64,000 nucleotides of DNA from the human T2T-CHM13v2.0 reference genome, Homo sapiens: NCBI RefSeq assembly GCF_009914755.1, contig NC_060937.1. One strand, written 5' to 3'. The translations under genes were made by a program, and so were the position numbers. The notes beneath the pieces are model-generated. The model did not search any database. It was not told where the DNA came from and saw nothing but the letters and a program-made list of their open reading frames with translations. Shown piece by piece: positions 13,447 to 26,829 of the stretch. The stretch's first letter is position 1, and the number at the start of each line of letters is the position of its first letter.

Positions 13447-14434
13447 CCAAATTTACAGGTCTATAAAATGTGGTATTTTACCATCTAGAACAAATGCAGT
13501 ATTTTCTTACCTCAGGTTTAAACATCATTATTCTACTTCTGTGGCCCCTTTACATCTTTTTAATTCTTATACCTTGAAGAAAATAAAGGCTCAACTCCAA
13601 TTAAGAATGGCAGGAAAGCACAGAATCTCAATGAGAAAATGCAGGAAGTGGCAGAATAGTTAAGGTGAATTCAGTTTGAAAGAGGACTTCTTTTCTGCAC
13701 TTCTGTTTTCTAATGTTCCCCAATGTGTTTGCTGTACAAAAGTTGTCTGTTTAAAGTAAATTGGCTCCTAAATGAGAGTGCTAACCTTAAGTCCTTTCAG
13801 AACCGGGGAAGGATTTTACGGGAGGCAATGGAGTATAAACGGGAACAATAGCAAGAATGAGATCTGAAGCCTTGAAAGTCCTTGGCTTGTTTGGGGGAGC
13901 AGTGTGTGATTCTAGCACAATTAAACTACACAGTGTATTTATAGCGGGTGGGCCACACTGTGAAAGGTAGTGAATTTCAGGCTGAGGAGTGGTTTTTATT
14001 TTGTTGACACTGAGAAAGGAGATAAAGAAGATTTTAGAGCAAAAGGATGCCAAAGAACCATCTGAGTTGTAAAAGAAGGTGATGACAGAATGGTGGATAG
14101 TGTATTAGTGGATGAGAAACTGAGTCAGGGAGAAGAATGAAGAGAATACTGAAGTAGTTCAGAGACAAAATTTAAAGGATTCTCTAAGGAAGTGTCACAG
14201 GAGCTCAAGAAAATGGAGAGAGGTCACAATGGGATATAAAGAGTTGAGTGAAGATTGTGGGAAATTCAAATTACCAAAATGTATCGTTTGTTATAATACC
14301 CAATCCAAATGATATGCATTGATCCAACAACTTTATTATTCTATAATCACATTTTTACTTCTTTTAGCATAAGAGTAGAAAAATAGTAAGTCTAAAAATT
14401 GGTCTAAATTTATACGTGTTGTTTAAGTGTTATA

Positions 14435-14756
14435 CAGTCATGCATCACAGTAACAGAGGTATAATTTGAGAAATGCATCATTAGGCAATTTGTCATTATG
14501 CAAATCTCATTGACTGGACTTACACAAACCTAGATACAACAGCATACTATACACTTAGCTTGTATGGCATAGCCTATTGCCCTTAGGCTACCAACATGTA
14601 TAGCACACTACTATACTGAATAATGCTGAGAATTGTAACACAGTGGTATTTGTTTAAGCACAGAAAAGTTACAGTAAAAATACTTTATAAAATCTTATAG
14701 GACCACTGTTGTATATGTGGTCATTGAACAAAACATCATTGTGCAGTGCATAACTG
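14435..14756 (-). mobile_element. Tigger3a (MER7A)
   Basis: CAGTCATGCATC...GTGCATAACTG termini; ACACAAACCTAGAT internal motif. Confidence 0.85.
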
Positions 14757-14972
14757 CTCATAAAAATTTGTTTCATATATATAATTGATGGACATATATA
14801 ATTTTGTATACATATATGCACACACACACTATATAGATATATAAACTACAGGCGTACACTATTGGTAGAGTGTTATTAACACTGTAGGAACTTAAGAAAA
14901 TGGAGTCATCAATTTGTTTTAATTTTAAAAAATATTTAACTGTCTGAATTAGAAAATAAAACATTTGCACAA

Positions 14973-14973
<1 letters not shown>

Positions 14974-15017
<44 letters not shown>
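14974..15017. repeat. (TA)n microsatellite
   Basis: About 21 perfect TA units. Confidence 0.95.
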
Positions 15018-15018
<1 letters not shown>

Positions 15019-15730
15019 CTCTCTTTGTTCTTCTTTGGGTGATGCTACCAGGCTTAGGTAGAAATACTAAAAAAAGAATGTATGAAATAAAAATGTGAAA
15101 TAAGGATGTTTACATAAAGAGATGTAATGGGAAGTAACAAAAACATAACTGAAGAAATATAATTAAATATGTATATTATGTACAGAATTATAAAAGCTGT
15201 CTCTTTATTTAAAATTTAATATTAAGAAAAACTGAAACCTTAGAAATACAAACGTGAAAGTAGATGCGGCTGAGTGATTACTGGTTGTTTTTATCCTGTA
15301 TCACTATAATAGCAAGGAATTATATAATTGAATAAATCATGAGCATTTGTATTTTTCTATGATTCTTCTTAGAGCATTAGAGGGAAGAATGTTTGCTAAA
15401 GGTTCACTTTCAATTTGCTCAAGGAGTAATAAGCAAGAGTAAATTGGAATATTACATATATTACTTAATATTATATTATTATTAATAATATTATGTTAAA
15501 TATGTATATGCATATTTAGTTTTCAATAAGTGGTAAGTATTATACTGACTACAAAGTATAAAACATTTCATCCTGTCAATGATCTTGTATTGTAGTTAGT
15601 AAGATCTTTCTATACATGTAGCTTCAATACAATATGTAATAGTATGGCCATTGATAAGATACTAAAATGTTTCCACAGCATTTTTGGTCAACAGACACTT
15701 GCTTAAGTACCTTAAATAACTCATCAATAC

Positions 15731-15805
15731 CTTCCTGTTTCCGTCCACCTTCGGGGAACGGGAATACTAGTTTGGTCTGCGCGAGAATGATGTGCAACAT
15801 GGCTC
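15731..15805. promoter_or_regulatory. Candidate compact promoter-like motif cluster (ETS, ZNF143-like, BANP-like, YY1-like)
   Basis: Five CpGs in ~45 bp of apparently non-repetitive sequence. Motifs: CTTCCTG/TTCCG, GGGAATACTAGTTT, GCGCGAGA, AACATGGC. Confidence 0.35.
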
Positions 15806-16040
15806 CAGTTCAGGTGTCCATTTTCTCCATATCTTTAAAGACTTGGACTCCATCACCTGATCTTAGATTTATAGTTTATCTAAATCCAATCTGGATTTTG
15901 AATTTGTTTTCATCAAGATTAGCATTAGGCTTATTTGAGCTGACTTTGAAGAGCACATTTTTACTTCATCTCTTCTGCTACGTTACTGTAGCATTTGATA
16001 TAGCTGATAGCACTTTTTTCCTCCTTAAAAAAGATACCCT

Positions 16041-16344
16041 GTCCAGGCGCGGTGGCTTATGCCTGTAATCCCTGCACTTTGGGAGGCCGAGGCGGATGGA
16101 TCACGAGGTCAGGAGATAGAGACCATCCTGGCTAACACGGTGAAACCCCATTTCTACTAAAAATACAAAAAATTAGCCAGACATGGTGGCGGGCGCCTGT
16201 AGTCCCAGCTACTTGGGAGGCTGAGGCAGGAGAATGGCGTCAACCTGGGAGGCGGAGCTTGCAATGAGCCGAGATCGCGGTCACTGCACTCCAGCCTGGG
16301 GGACCCAGCGTGACTCCGTCTCAAAAAAAAAAAAAAAAAAAAAA
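16041..16344 (+). mobile_element. AluY
   Basis: Full dimer with poly(A). TSD AAAAAAGATACCCT/AAAAAAGATGCTCT. Confidence 0.93.
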
Positions 16345-16774
16345 GATGCTCTTAGTTTGAAAGTTAATTTATTGGTATTTTTTTCTTCTTTCCATGTGAC
16401 CGCTTTTTTAGTTTCTTTTGCATAATCTATCCATTCAATATTGATAGCCCCTACAGTTCTGGTTTAGACTTTATTTTCTTGTTTTCAGATATAATAACCA
16501 ATATTGTAAACTATGCCAGACAACATTCTAAAGTTATTGGATATAATCTCTTTTTTAATTTTCACGACAAACCTACGAAGCTTTATTATTTTTATTTTGT
16601 ATTTTTTAAAAACTAAAATTCAGAAACGTGAAAGGTTGTGAAAATATTAAGTGACAAAGGTTAGTTTTAATGCAGGTTTTGTACCTGAAAAGCAAATGTG
16701 CTTTTCTCTAATTTATCCTGCGTAACATTCACCTCTTGCAAAGCTAGCATTTTATTCATTACCATTACGACAAG

Positions 16775-17012
16775 CCAACACTCATATAGTGCTTACTATA
16801 TGCCAGACTTTTTCTAAACTCCTTTGTATATGTTCACTTATTTAATCCTCACAACTGTGAAGTAGGTACTATTATTATTCTTGTTTTATATATAAAGACA
16901 ATGAGTCACTTAAATAATATGCCCAAGGTAACATTGCTAAAAAGTTGTAGAATTAATATCAAAGCCAACTGTGCAGTTCCAGAATCTTACCTTTAGTAAT
17001 TACCCTATACTG
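16775..17012 (-). mobile_element. MIR SINE
   Basis: GTGCTTACTATATGCCAG...TTTAATCCTCACAAC...GTAGGTACTATTATT...GCCCAAGGTAAC. Confidence 0.8.
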
Positions 17013-18141
17013 CTTTATAGAAGTTATAGCCTATATTCAATAGACATTTCAAACTCAGTATTGTAAAACTATATTTATTTTTGGCTTCTGTCTCTTACTC
17101 ACATGTTGCCATAAAAAGGATCCCTCCCAGTGTTTTTTGTCTCATTAATGAGAAAACTATCTACCCAAACCTCAAACCTGGAGTCCATTGTTAATTATCC
17201 TTAACTCTCCAATCAATGTTAACATTAGGCAAAACTTCTTATTTATATTTTAAAAATGTCAACACTAATCCTTGTGTTTTTGTATTTTTTTCCCATATAT
17301 GACAAAGATGATTCTTCATTCTTCTCTATTACTGAAAAAATCTTTTTCATTTAGTGGCCACTACAATTTAATTTTCATCTATCAAAAGGAAAAAATATTG
17401 AAAACAAATGTACAAGGATGGAACAAAAAGAGTTCTTGTTCCTTTGTATGTAGCATTGTAGTTACTTCACTTTTTTTTTTTATTGAGTTGGAGCTCAGAG
17501 AGAGAGAGAGAGATAATTATTTAAAAGGTCAGAGAAAGCTTTCCAAGAGATTATAGAACAGTCAGAGGTTTGGATTTAGGGATGCCTGGTAGCCTCTGTT
17601 ACTGTTCAGAAGAGCCAGAAAATCAAGCTAAGCCTTTTCTGAACTCTCCATAAAAAAACAAGCAAACAAATAAAACTAATAGTCTTCATCTTTGTCTTCC
17701 AGTATATTTTGTTTTTATTTCTATATCAATACTTTTTATGGTGGTTTATGCAATCCCTGCAACCACAGTAGCTGAGTTACAATGACTTCAGTAATTGTTT
17801 ATTAAATAAACAAGGCAACCATGAAACCTAAGCATGGTTACCTGTGTTAAAAGCTTCACTCTCACACTCATTTTATATCTCATCCTGTATTTCCAATTCT
17901 TCAGCAAATAATTCCAAGAGATGTTGCAAAACTTATTGAATGTTCATAAATTGAACTTGGTCACATTCAAAAGTCAAGTTAGTTCAATATTCCTGTCATG
18001 AGTGAGACAAATTTACTGAAGCCAGTTGAATACAACTGAAAGATTACATTGGATGTAATGCCATTTTAAGATAATACTTCTCAGAGGAATTAACTTTGAA
18101 GTAAATAATGAAGACTTTAATATTTTAGAAGATTATTATGA

Positions 18142-18417
18142 TTATTTTTAGAGATGGAGTCCCCCTTTGTCACCCAGGCTGAAGTGCAGTAGCACAGTCA
18201 CAGCTCACTGCAGCTTCTACCTCCAGGGTTCAAATGATCCTCACACCTCAGCCTCTCTAGTAGCTGGCACTACAGGCACACTCTACCACAATCAGCTAAT
18301 TTTTAAATTTTTGGTAGAGATGGGGCCTTGCTATGTTGCCCAGCCTGGTTTCAAGTGATCCTCCTGCCTAGGCCTCCCAAGTTATGGGATTACAGGTCTG
18401 AGCTACCATGTGCAGCC
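18142..18417 (-). mobile_element. AluJ with a small internal deletion
   Basis: CACAGCTCACTGCAGC and TTGCTATGTTGCCCAG AluJ diagnostics. Confidence 0.88.
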
Positions 18418-18640
18418 AAGAATACTTACTTCTAATAGCAATATTCATTAGACTATTATGGGCATGCATTTACTGTTGCTACTGTTATTGTTTTAGTTGG
18501 TTTTTGTTTTTGGACTCCAGCTCAAATTACACTGATTTTATGAGCATGAATGAAGAAAAGACACGATATTTTTCAGAAAAAAAAAAAGTGCTGAGAGAGT
18601 TTGCCACTATCAAGCCAGCACTACAAAAACTGCTAAAAAG

Positions 18641-19724
18641 TTTTGGGGGGAACCAGCCCCCAATATTTCAACATAGGTTCTTTTCTATTTTCCCTAAGTG
18701 TTGGCCAGTCTGAGAAATAAAGATAAGGAGTACAAAGAGAGAAATTTTACAGCTGGGCCTCTGGGGGTGATATCACGTGTTGGCAGTTTTCGTGATGCCC
18801 ACCTGAGCCGCAAAACCAGCAAGTTTTTATTACGGATTTCAAAAGGGGAGGGGGGTACGAATAGGGAGTGGGTCACAGAGATCACATGCTTCAAATGGCA
18901 ATAAAATATCACAAGGGCAGAAAGGCAGAGCAAGGTCACAAGGCCAAGGCTAAATTAGAATTACTAATGAAGTTCCATGTCCCACTGTGCACGCATTGTC
19001 ATTGATAAACATCTTAACAGGAAACAGGGTTCAAGAGCAGAGAACTGGTCTGACTAAAATTTGCCAGGCTGGCATTTCCTAATCCTAGCAAGCCTGAGGG
19101 CACTGCAGGAGACCAGGGCGTATTTCATCCCTTATTTTCAATGGCATAAGGCAGACGCCTCCAGAGCAGACATCCATAGGCCTCCCCTGGGAATGCATTC
19201 CCTTCCTAGGGTTATTCCTTACTGGGAAAAGAATTCAGTGGTATTTCCCCTACTTATTTTCTGCAGTAAGAAAAATATGACTCTGTTCTGCCCAGCCCCA
19301 CAGGCAGTCAGACCTTATGGTTATCTCCCTTGTTCCCTGAACATCACTGTTATCCTGTTCTTTCTCAGGGTGCCCAGATTTCATATTGTTCAAACACACA
19401 TGTTTTACAAACCATTTGTGGAGCTAACGCAATCATCACAAGGTCTTGAGGCGACATACATCCTCAGCTTAGGAAGATGACGGGATTAAGAGATTAAAGT
19501 GAAGACAGGCATAGGAAATTAAAAGAGTATTGATTGGGGAAGTGATAAATGTCCATGACATCTTCACATTTTATGTTCAGAGATTGCAGTAAAGGCAGGC
19601 GTAAGAAATTATAAAAGTATTAATTTGGGGAACTAATAAATGTCCATGAAATCTTCACAATTTATATTCTTCTGCCGCAGCTTCAGCAGGTTCCTCCATT
19701 CAGGGTTCCTGACTTCCCGCAACA
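18641..19724 (-). mobile_element. MER11 solo LTR (HERV-K11/HML-8)
   Basis: The minus strand starts TGTTGCGGGAAGTCAGGAACCC. Length ~1.08 kb with an internal tandem repeat (~19500-19665). 6-bp TSD aaaaag/gaaaag. Confidence 0.92.
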
Positions 19725-21617
19725 GAAAAGAGCTCTAAATCTTGAAACAAATCCACAAAATACACCAAATAGAACTTCCTTAAAGCATAAATTTCACAGG
19801 ACCTATAAAACAAAAACACTATATATAAATAAATAAATAAATAAAACACAAAGTATTCAGGCAACAAATAGCATGATAAATAGAATAGTACCTTACATCT
19901 CAATACTGACATTGAATGTAAAAGCCTAAATGCTCCACTTCAAAGATACAAAAAGTCAGAATAGATAATAATTCTCCAACCAAGTAACTGCTGTCTTCAA
20001 GAGACTCACCTAACACATGAGGACTCACATAAACTTAAGGTAAAGAAATGGAAAAAGCTGTTCCATGTAAATAGACACCAAAAGCTAGGAGGAATAGCTA
20101 TTTTTATTTCAGACAAAACAAACTTTAAAGTAAGAGCAATTAAAAAAGGACAAAGAGAGACATTATATAATGATAAAGTGACTTGTCTAACAGAAAAAAA
20201 CTACAAATTCTAAATATACATGCACCTAACACTGGAGCTCCTAAATTTGTTAAACAATTACTAATAGACCTAAGAAATGAGATAGCAGCACAATAATAGT
20301 GGGGGACTTTAATACTACACTGACAGCACTAGAAAGGTCATGAAGAGAGAAAGTCAACAACAACTATACCCTAGAACAATGGACTCAACAGATATTTACA
20401 GAACATTTTACCCAACAAATGCAGAATTTACATTCTATTAATCAGCACATGGGATATCCTCAAAGATAGACCATATTATCGGTTGCCAAATAAGTCTCAA
20501 TAAATTTATGAAAATTGAAATAATATCAAGTACTCTCTCAGACCACAGTGGAATAAAATTGGAAATCCACTCCAAAAGAAACCCTCAAAACCATGCAACT
20601 GCATGAAAATTAAAAAACCTGCTCCTGAACGATAGTTGGGTCAACAATGAAATCAAGATGGAAATTTAAAAATTCATCAAACTGAACGATAATAGCGACA
20701 CAACCTTTCAAAACCTATGGGATACAGTGAATGCAGTTCTAAGAGGAAAGTTCATAGCCTTAAATGGCTACATCAAAAAGTCTGAAAGAGCACAAATAGA
20801 CAATATAAGCTCACACCTCAAAGAACTACAGAAACGAGAACAAACCAAACCCAAACCCAGCAGAAGAAAAGAGATAATGAAAATCCGAGCAGAACTAAAT
20901 GAAATTGAAACAAAAAAATAAAAATAAAATGAAATTGAAACAAACAAAAGATAAAAGGAACAAAAAGTTGGTTCTTTGAAAAGATAAATAAAATTGATAG
21001 ACCACTAGCGAGATTAACCAAGAAAAGAAGGGAGAAGATCCAAATAAGCTCAATTAGAAAGTAAACGGGAGATATCACAACCAATACCACAGAAATACAA
21101 AAAGTCATTTAAGGCTACTATGAACAATTTTGTGCACATAAACAGGAAAACCTAGAAGAGATGGATAAATTAATGGAAATATACAACCCACCTAGATTAA
21201 ACCAGGAAGAAATAGAACCTCTTAACAGATCAATAACAAGCATTAAGATTGAAGTGGTAATTTAAAAATTGCCAACGCACAAAAAAATTGCAGTATGCAA
21301 ATCAAAACCACAAAACGATACCACCTTACTCTTGCAGGAAAGGCCATAATAAAAAAATAAAAAAAAATAGATGTTGGCAGATATGTGGTGAAAAAGAAAC
21401 ACTTTTACGCTGCTGTTGGGAATGTAAACTAGCACAACCACTATGAAAAACAATGTGGAGATTCCTTAAAGAACTAAAAGTAGGGTATCTACCCAAAGGA
21501 AAAGAAGTCATTATACGATAAAGACACTTGCACATGCATGTTTATAGCAGCACAGTTCACAAAATATATGGAACCAGCCCAAATGCCCATCAATCAGGCA
21601 GTGGATAAGAAATTGTT

Positions 21618-21758
21618 TTATACATTTTATATATATATGTGTATATAGATAGATAGATATGGAATACTACTAGAATATATTTCAGTTTATATATATATAT
21701 ATGGAATACTAGAATATATATATACACACACACACACACACATACACACACACACACA
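21618..21758. repeat. Compound (TA)n/(CA)n microsatellite inside L1PB
   Basis: TA and CA runs with duplicated ATGGAATACTA units. Confidence 0.85.
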
Positions 21759-22178
21759 CCATGGAATATGACTCAGCCATCAAAAGGAATGAAATAATGA
21801 CATTTACAACGACCTGGATGTAATTGGAGATCATAATTCTAAGTAAAGTAACTCAGGAATGGAAAACCAAATATCATAGTATGTTCTCACTCATAAGTGG
21901 GGGCTAAACTATGTGGGTGCAAAGGCATACGAATGATTCAATGGACTTTGGGGACTCAAGGAAAAGGGTGGGAGGGGGGTGAGGGATAAAAGACTACAAA
22001 TTGAGTACAGTGTATACTGCTTAGTGACAGTTGCACCAAGATCTCAGATGTCACAACTAAAGAACTTTTCCATGTAACCAAACACCAGCTGTTCCCCAAA
22101 ATCTATGGAAATAAAAAATTAAAATTAAAATAAATAAATAAAGTTACTCCTGAGAAATGAATGAATCAATCAATACAT

Positions 22179-22841
22179 AATACCTATGACATTCTTCAAG
22201 AAATAGGAAAAAAACCAATTCCGAAATTCAAATTAAACCACAGAAGAGCCTGAATAAACAAAGCAGTCCTAAGCAAAAAGAACAAAGCTGGAGATACCAC
22301 ACTACCTAACTTCAAAATATACCCTGAAGTTATAGTAACCAAAATAACATGGTATTAGTATAAAAAGCAGATGTATAGATCATGGAAATCAAGTAGAAAA
22401 CCCAGAAATACGTGTACACATTTATATACATCTGATGTTTGACACGGGTATCAAGAATAAGCCTTGAGGAAAGAATAGCCTTTTCAATAAATTGTGCTGT
22501 GAAAACTAGATATGCATAGGAAGAATGAAGCTAGAGCCCTATCTCTCACCATATAAAAATATACTTAAAAGTACTTAATATTTAAATATAAGACATCAAA
22601 CTATAAAACTTCTAGAAGAAGACATAGGGGAAACTCTTTAGGACATTAGTCTAGGCAGATTTTATGGCTGAGACTTTAAAAGCACAGGCAACTAAAACAA
22701 AAATAGACACATGCGACTACATTAAACTAAAAATCTCCTGAATAGCCAAGGAGACAATCAACAGAGTAAAGAGAATGGAAGAAAACATTTGCAAACTATT
22801 CATCCAACAGAAAACTAATATTCAAACTATACAAGGAACTC
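22179..22841 (+). mobile_element. L1M(A) ORF2 fragment continuing the 5269-6105 element
   Basis: AATACCTATGACATTCTTC...AGCAAAAAGAACAAAGCTGGAG...CAAGGAACTCA. Confidence 0.85.
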
Positions 22842-25227
22842 ATTTGCAGGCAAATGCCTGAATGGTTCATTTAAAGAAAGATCTGAAAAGAAGAGAGACC
22901 ACTCAGCTAGGTAGGAAAGATGCTTCTAAGTTATTTGGTCACTGGCTCAGGCCATTTGTGTGGTTGTTCTATCTTTAATGCCAGGCAGCAACATTTACTG
23001 TGTCATTTATGTTACAATTGAACTAGTTAAATAAAAGATGGCAAAGATTGGTCCATAAAGTGGTCTTGCAGGCAGATAAATAAAACCGCAGGTTTCATTT
23101 CAATATTTCTCATCATTTCTACAAAAATCTTGTTACTCCTGTCACTGCCACCAGAGACCTTCATGTTTATGTAGCAATTTGGCATGTCTTTTTCTATGTG
23201 TGTATGTTGAGAGGGGCAGATAGGAGTGAGGGATGTCTTTTTCTTGTCTTAAAACTAGTTTATGTTGCAACTATAGCCTTTTTTTTGATAGGTATTTGTG
23301 ATTAAGTAATCACTTTCTTATGTAATCGATATCTGAACTGTACCAGGAAACTCCCTCCACCTCCTACTCTGCATGCAATAAAAGTAATGCATGCCTTCTT
23401 TTTTTCCCAGATACTAAATTCCTTTTTTTTTTTTTTGACAATATGTGCACATGAGGGCATTTGTCATGTGTTAGAAAGAGGACCCATGTGAATGACAAAT
23501 ACTAATGTGCTTAGGAGAGGAGGTACCATAAAACCACGACTGTTTCCCCATCTGTATAACACCTGTCCTCTGTGCCAACAAGGAAAACTACAGAGATGCA
23601 ATACAATTTTAAGATGAAAGACACCCAAAGCTGTTAGACAAGAGGTCTGTGTCCACATCATTTACACAATTAAAACTTGTTTCTAAAATTTCATATTTTA
23701 ATTATCTTACTGGTAGAATTTCCTGTGTATGTTTTCAAGTAAATTGTTTAATAGATGATCTAATTGGAAACACAACTCACTAAAATTACAAAATTTGTTT
23801 TCAGAGTGCTTCTACGTCAACATTTGCATCTTTTGAGATAAATTAGTATTTCACTTCTTGATGGCTTGGATTTATGAAATACATTGAAGAAAATAACAGA
23901 GTCATTTTCAGACCTATACTTTACAAAAATTTTAAGAATTGTGAATTGAAAATGGTTTTACTATATTAAAGAAATAATATGTGCATGAACTTATTAATTT
24001 AACTTGAACATTCATATAAAATATAGAAAAATATAACCTAAAATATCTAAAATCAAGGTAGATTCAAGTGTAAAGCCAGATTGATGAAGCAAGGAAAGTA
24101 CAGAGTAGTTTGGAAGTAACATTACGACAATCAGGCTCAAACTTTTTATTTTAGAATTAATGATCCTGGGGTCCAAAGAAGTAAAATAGCTTGTCTTAAA
24201 TAACACAGCTGATTATTTGAATAACCAGTAATAGAACCAGTATTCTGAAGTATTTCTAAAATTATTTCTATTAAAAACGTACGTTCTATACTGCAACTTC
24301 CAAGAAAATGAGAAATGGAGAATTATATCTATCTTTAACAACTGGCGTCAAATCAATATAACTGATTTGTGGTCAGGACATGTCTCCACAGTTTTTTGTG
24401 TTGCTTTAGTTTGAGGCAGGACTTGGCATGAGGAAGTAACCCAGATAAAAGACTATGTGGCAGATTTTCAATGCCTTACAAATACATCGTTGCTGGAGTA
24501 CTTAATTCATACCATGGAATAGGACCAGAAATTGCATCACTTCATTTTCACCAGAAGCTTCCAAACTTAAATCATTTAGATACTTTTTTCACCTCCTTGG
24601 GTAACTATTTCTAAAGAAGATATCTCATAATATATGTAAGCAGGAAAGGAGGATTCAAATTACCAAAAGATGATTTAGAAAAGATTGAGAAAAAATTATC
24701 AAAAATTAGGAAATGGTGGGTATAAAATGATGCTGAAGGGAAACCCCAAATCACTGTCATCAGAGGATGCAGAGGCAATCAGTACATGTATCCTTTGGTG
24801 ACACAAATTCTTACCTTCTTCTATCACTTGCTCCTTTTCCATATCAAAATACAACTGTTTATTGTGAATGCTCACCTTCCATTCCTTCCTCATCACTGTT
24901 ATTTTTGTATTTAATTTTTAATATCCTAGGCTTTCAAGCACCTGCTTCTGCTTTTTAAAAAGAAGAGTGACAAGGCAAAAATTAAAAAAAAATAGCAAAC
25001 ATTCTGCCATTACTACTCATCTCTAATCTTCGGTTTCAGCTGTTTTCACACTCCAAATGCTAGCAAAATGAGTGCAAGCATAGGGAAATGGACAGGAAAA
25101 TATAATCATCCATGGAGATATTTAGCAAGTAAAGAAGACTATTGAAGTAGAGAAAGAGTCAACTCTTACACTCTCTATTTTCCTAACCCCTCTTCCTACA
25201 CACTACAGACTTAAAATGTAATACTAA

Positions 25228-25686
<459 letters not shown>

Positions 25687-25879
25687 AGGAATGGTCACTT
25701 GTAATTATAGGTTTCTTCTTTTGACACGTGTCCTACAAAATTTATGTAAAACTATGGCGATTTTTGAGAGTTTTTGGAGAAAGGGTGAGGTGTTCTAGTA
25801 GGATTAGAGGGGCCCACATTCAATTCTATTTTAGTTAGAAATTGATACCAAAGACATGAGGTAATCTAAAATATATAAA

Positions 25880-26780
25880 AATCTATTTATTCTTTCTTAT
25901 TGGATGGTCATTTAATCTCCATTTTTTTCTATAAGAAGCAATGCTGAAATAAGATATGTTTTCATGTACAAACATGGCAAAATTTTTAAGATACATACTT
26001 GAAAAAATTTTTAGATTATGGGACATAAGCATCTATGAATATTCTATAAACTATCATGCTGTCTTTATAACTGCTGTATCAATTTGTATAATCTATGAAC
26101 AGTGCAAGAGAATTCTTATTTCTCCAATATTTACCAAAATTTTTAATATCCCACTTTTGCCATTCTGAGGGATAGGGAAGAGTGTCCTGTAGGTTTAACT
26201 TATATTTCCATAATTAATAATAGGACTTATCATCTCCTACAAGTTTATTTTCTTGTGACTTGCATATTAATTTTCTTTGAACTTTTTTCTACATTATTTT
26301 TTATTTTGGACATACATTTTGGTGTTAAATGCACAACAAAAATGATTTTCCTGTCTTTAGTTTGCATTTTCATCTTGTTCATGAAGGCTTTTGACAGATG
26401 GAATAATTTTACATTTAATATTGTTAAATACATCAATGTTTCCTTGAAGTTTTGTGTTTGTGTGTGTGTTTGTGTGTGTGTATGAATGTTCACTTAAGAA
26501 TATCTTCTCTTCCTGAAAATTATATAAATATTACCATTTATTTTATTCTATTTAGGATGTGCTTTCAATTTTTTAGTAGACTTGGAATTTATGCTGTGCA
26601 TGGCAGTATATGCTCATTTAACTTACTATTTTGTCATGTAAACAATTATCTCAGTAACATTCTTTAATGGTCCACCATTTTCTAATCTAACCAACTATTA
26701 ACAAAATCAAGTATGTCTTGCATTAGCTTTGGAATAATTTTTGCTCCTTTGCATTTTGTCTGCAAATATGTCGCCTTTTC
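25880..26780 (-). mobile_element. Old L1M(E) 3' fragment
   Basis: Degenerate L1 3' sequence (ttggatggtcattt..., caatgctg..., gaaggcttttgacag...). Confidence 0.55.
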
Positions 26781-26829
26781 TTTGTTCATACCACTAGATG
26801 TTCTTCAGGTAAAAATTATAGATGAGGTG

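Larger units (their letters stand above)
15950..17280 (+). mobile_element. Fragmented L2 interrupted by AluY and MIRs
   Basis: L2 motifs GCATTTGATATAGCTGATAG... and ATTTCAAACTCAGTA...AAACCTGGAGTC. Confidence 0.5.
18545..22140 (+). mobile_element. L1PB 3' half (ORF1 end, ORF2 endonuclease region, 3'UTR, poly(A)), interrupted by MER11 and lacking the RT region
   Basis: VLREFATIKPALQKLLK (ORF1 C-terminus) and [16 protein letters not shown] (ORF2). L1PB-type 3'UTR GAGGGATAAAAGACTACAAAT. A-rich tail at 22110-22140. Confidence 0.9.

Noticed and set aside
15667-16068. 133-aa ORF, or an snRNA pseudogene near 15740
   Set aside because: The ORF runs through L2 into an Alu with no recognisable domain. 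The CCGTCCAC resemblance to U2 snRNA does not extend.
19500-19665. Spaced direct repeats resembling an array
   Set aside because: Internal tandem duplication typical of MER11 LTRs; not CRISPR-like.
23447-23510. Imperfect inverted repeat GCACATGAGGGCATTTGTCAT / ATGACAAATACTAATGTGC
   Set aside because: Short, gapped arms; could be chance or a decayed MITE.
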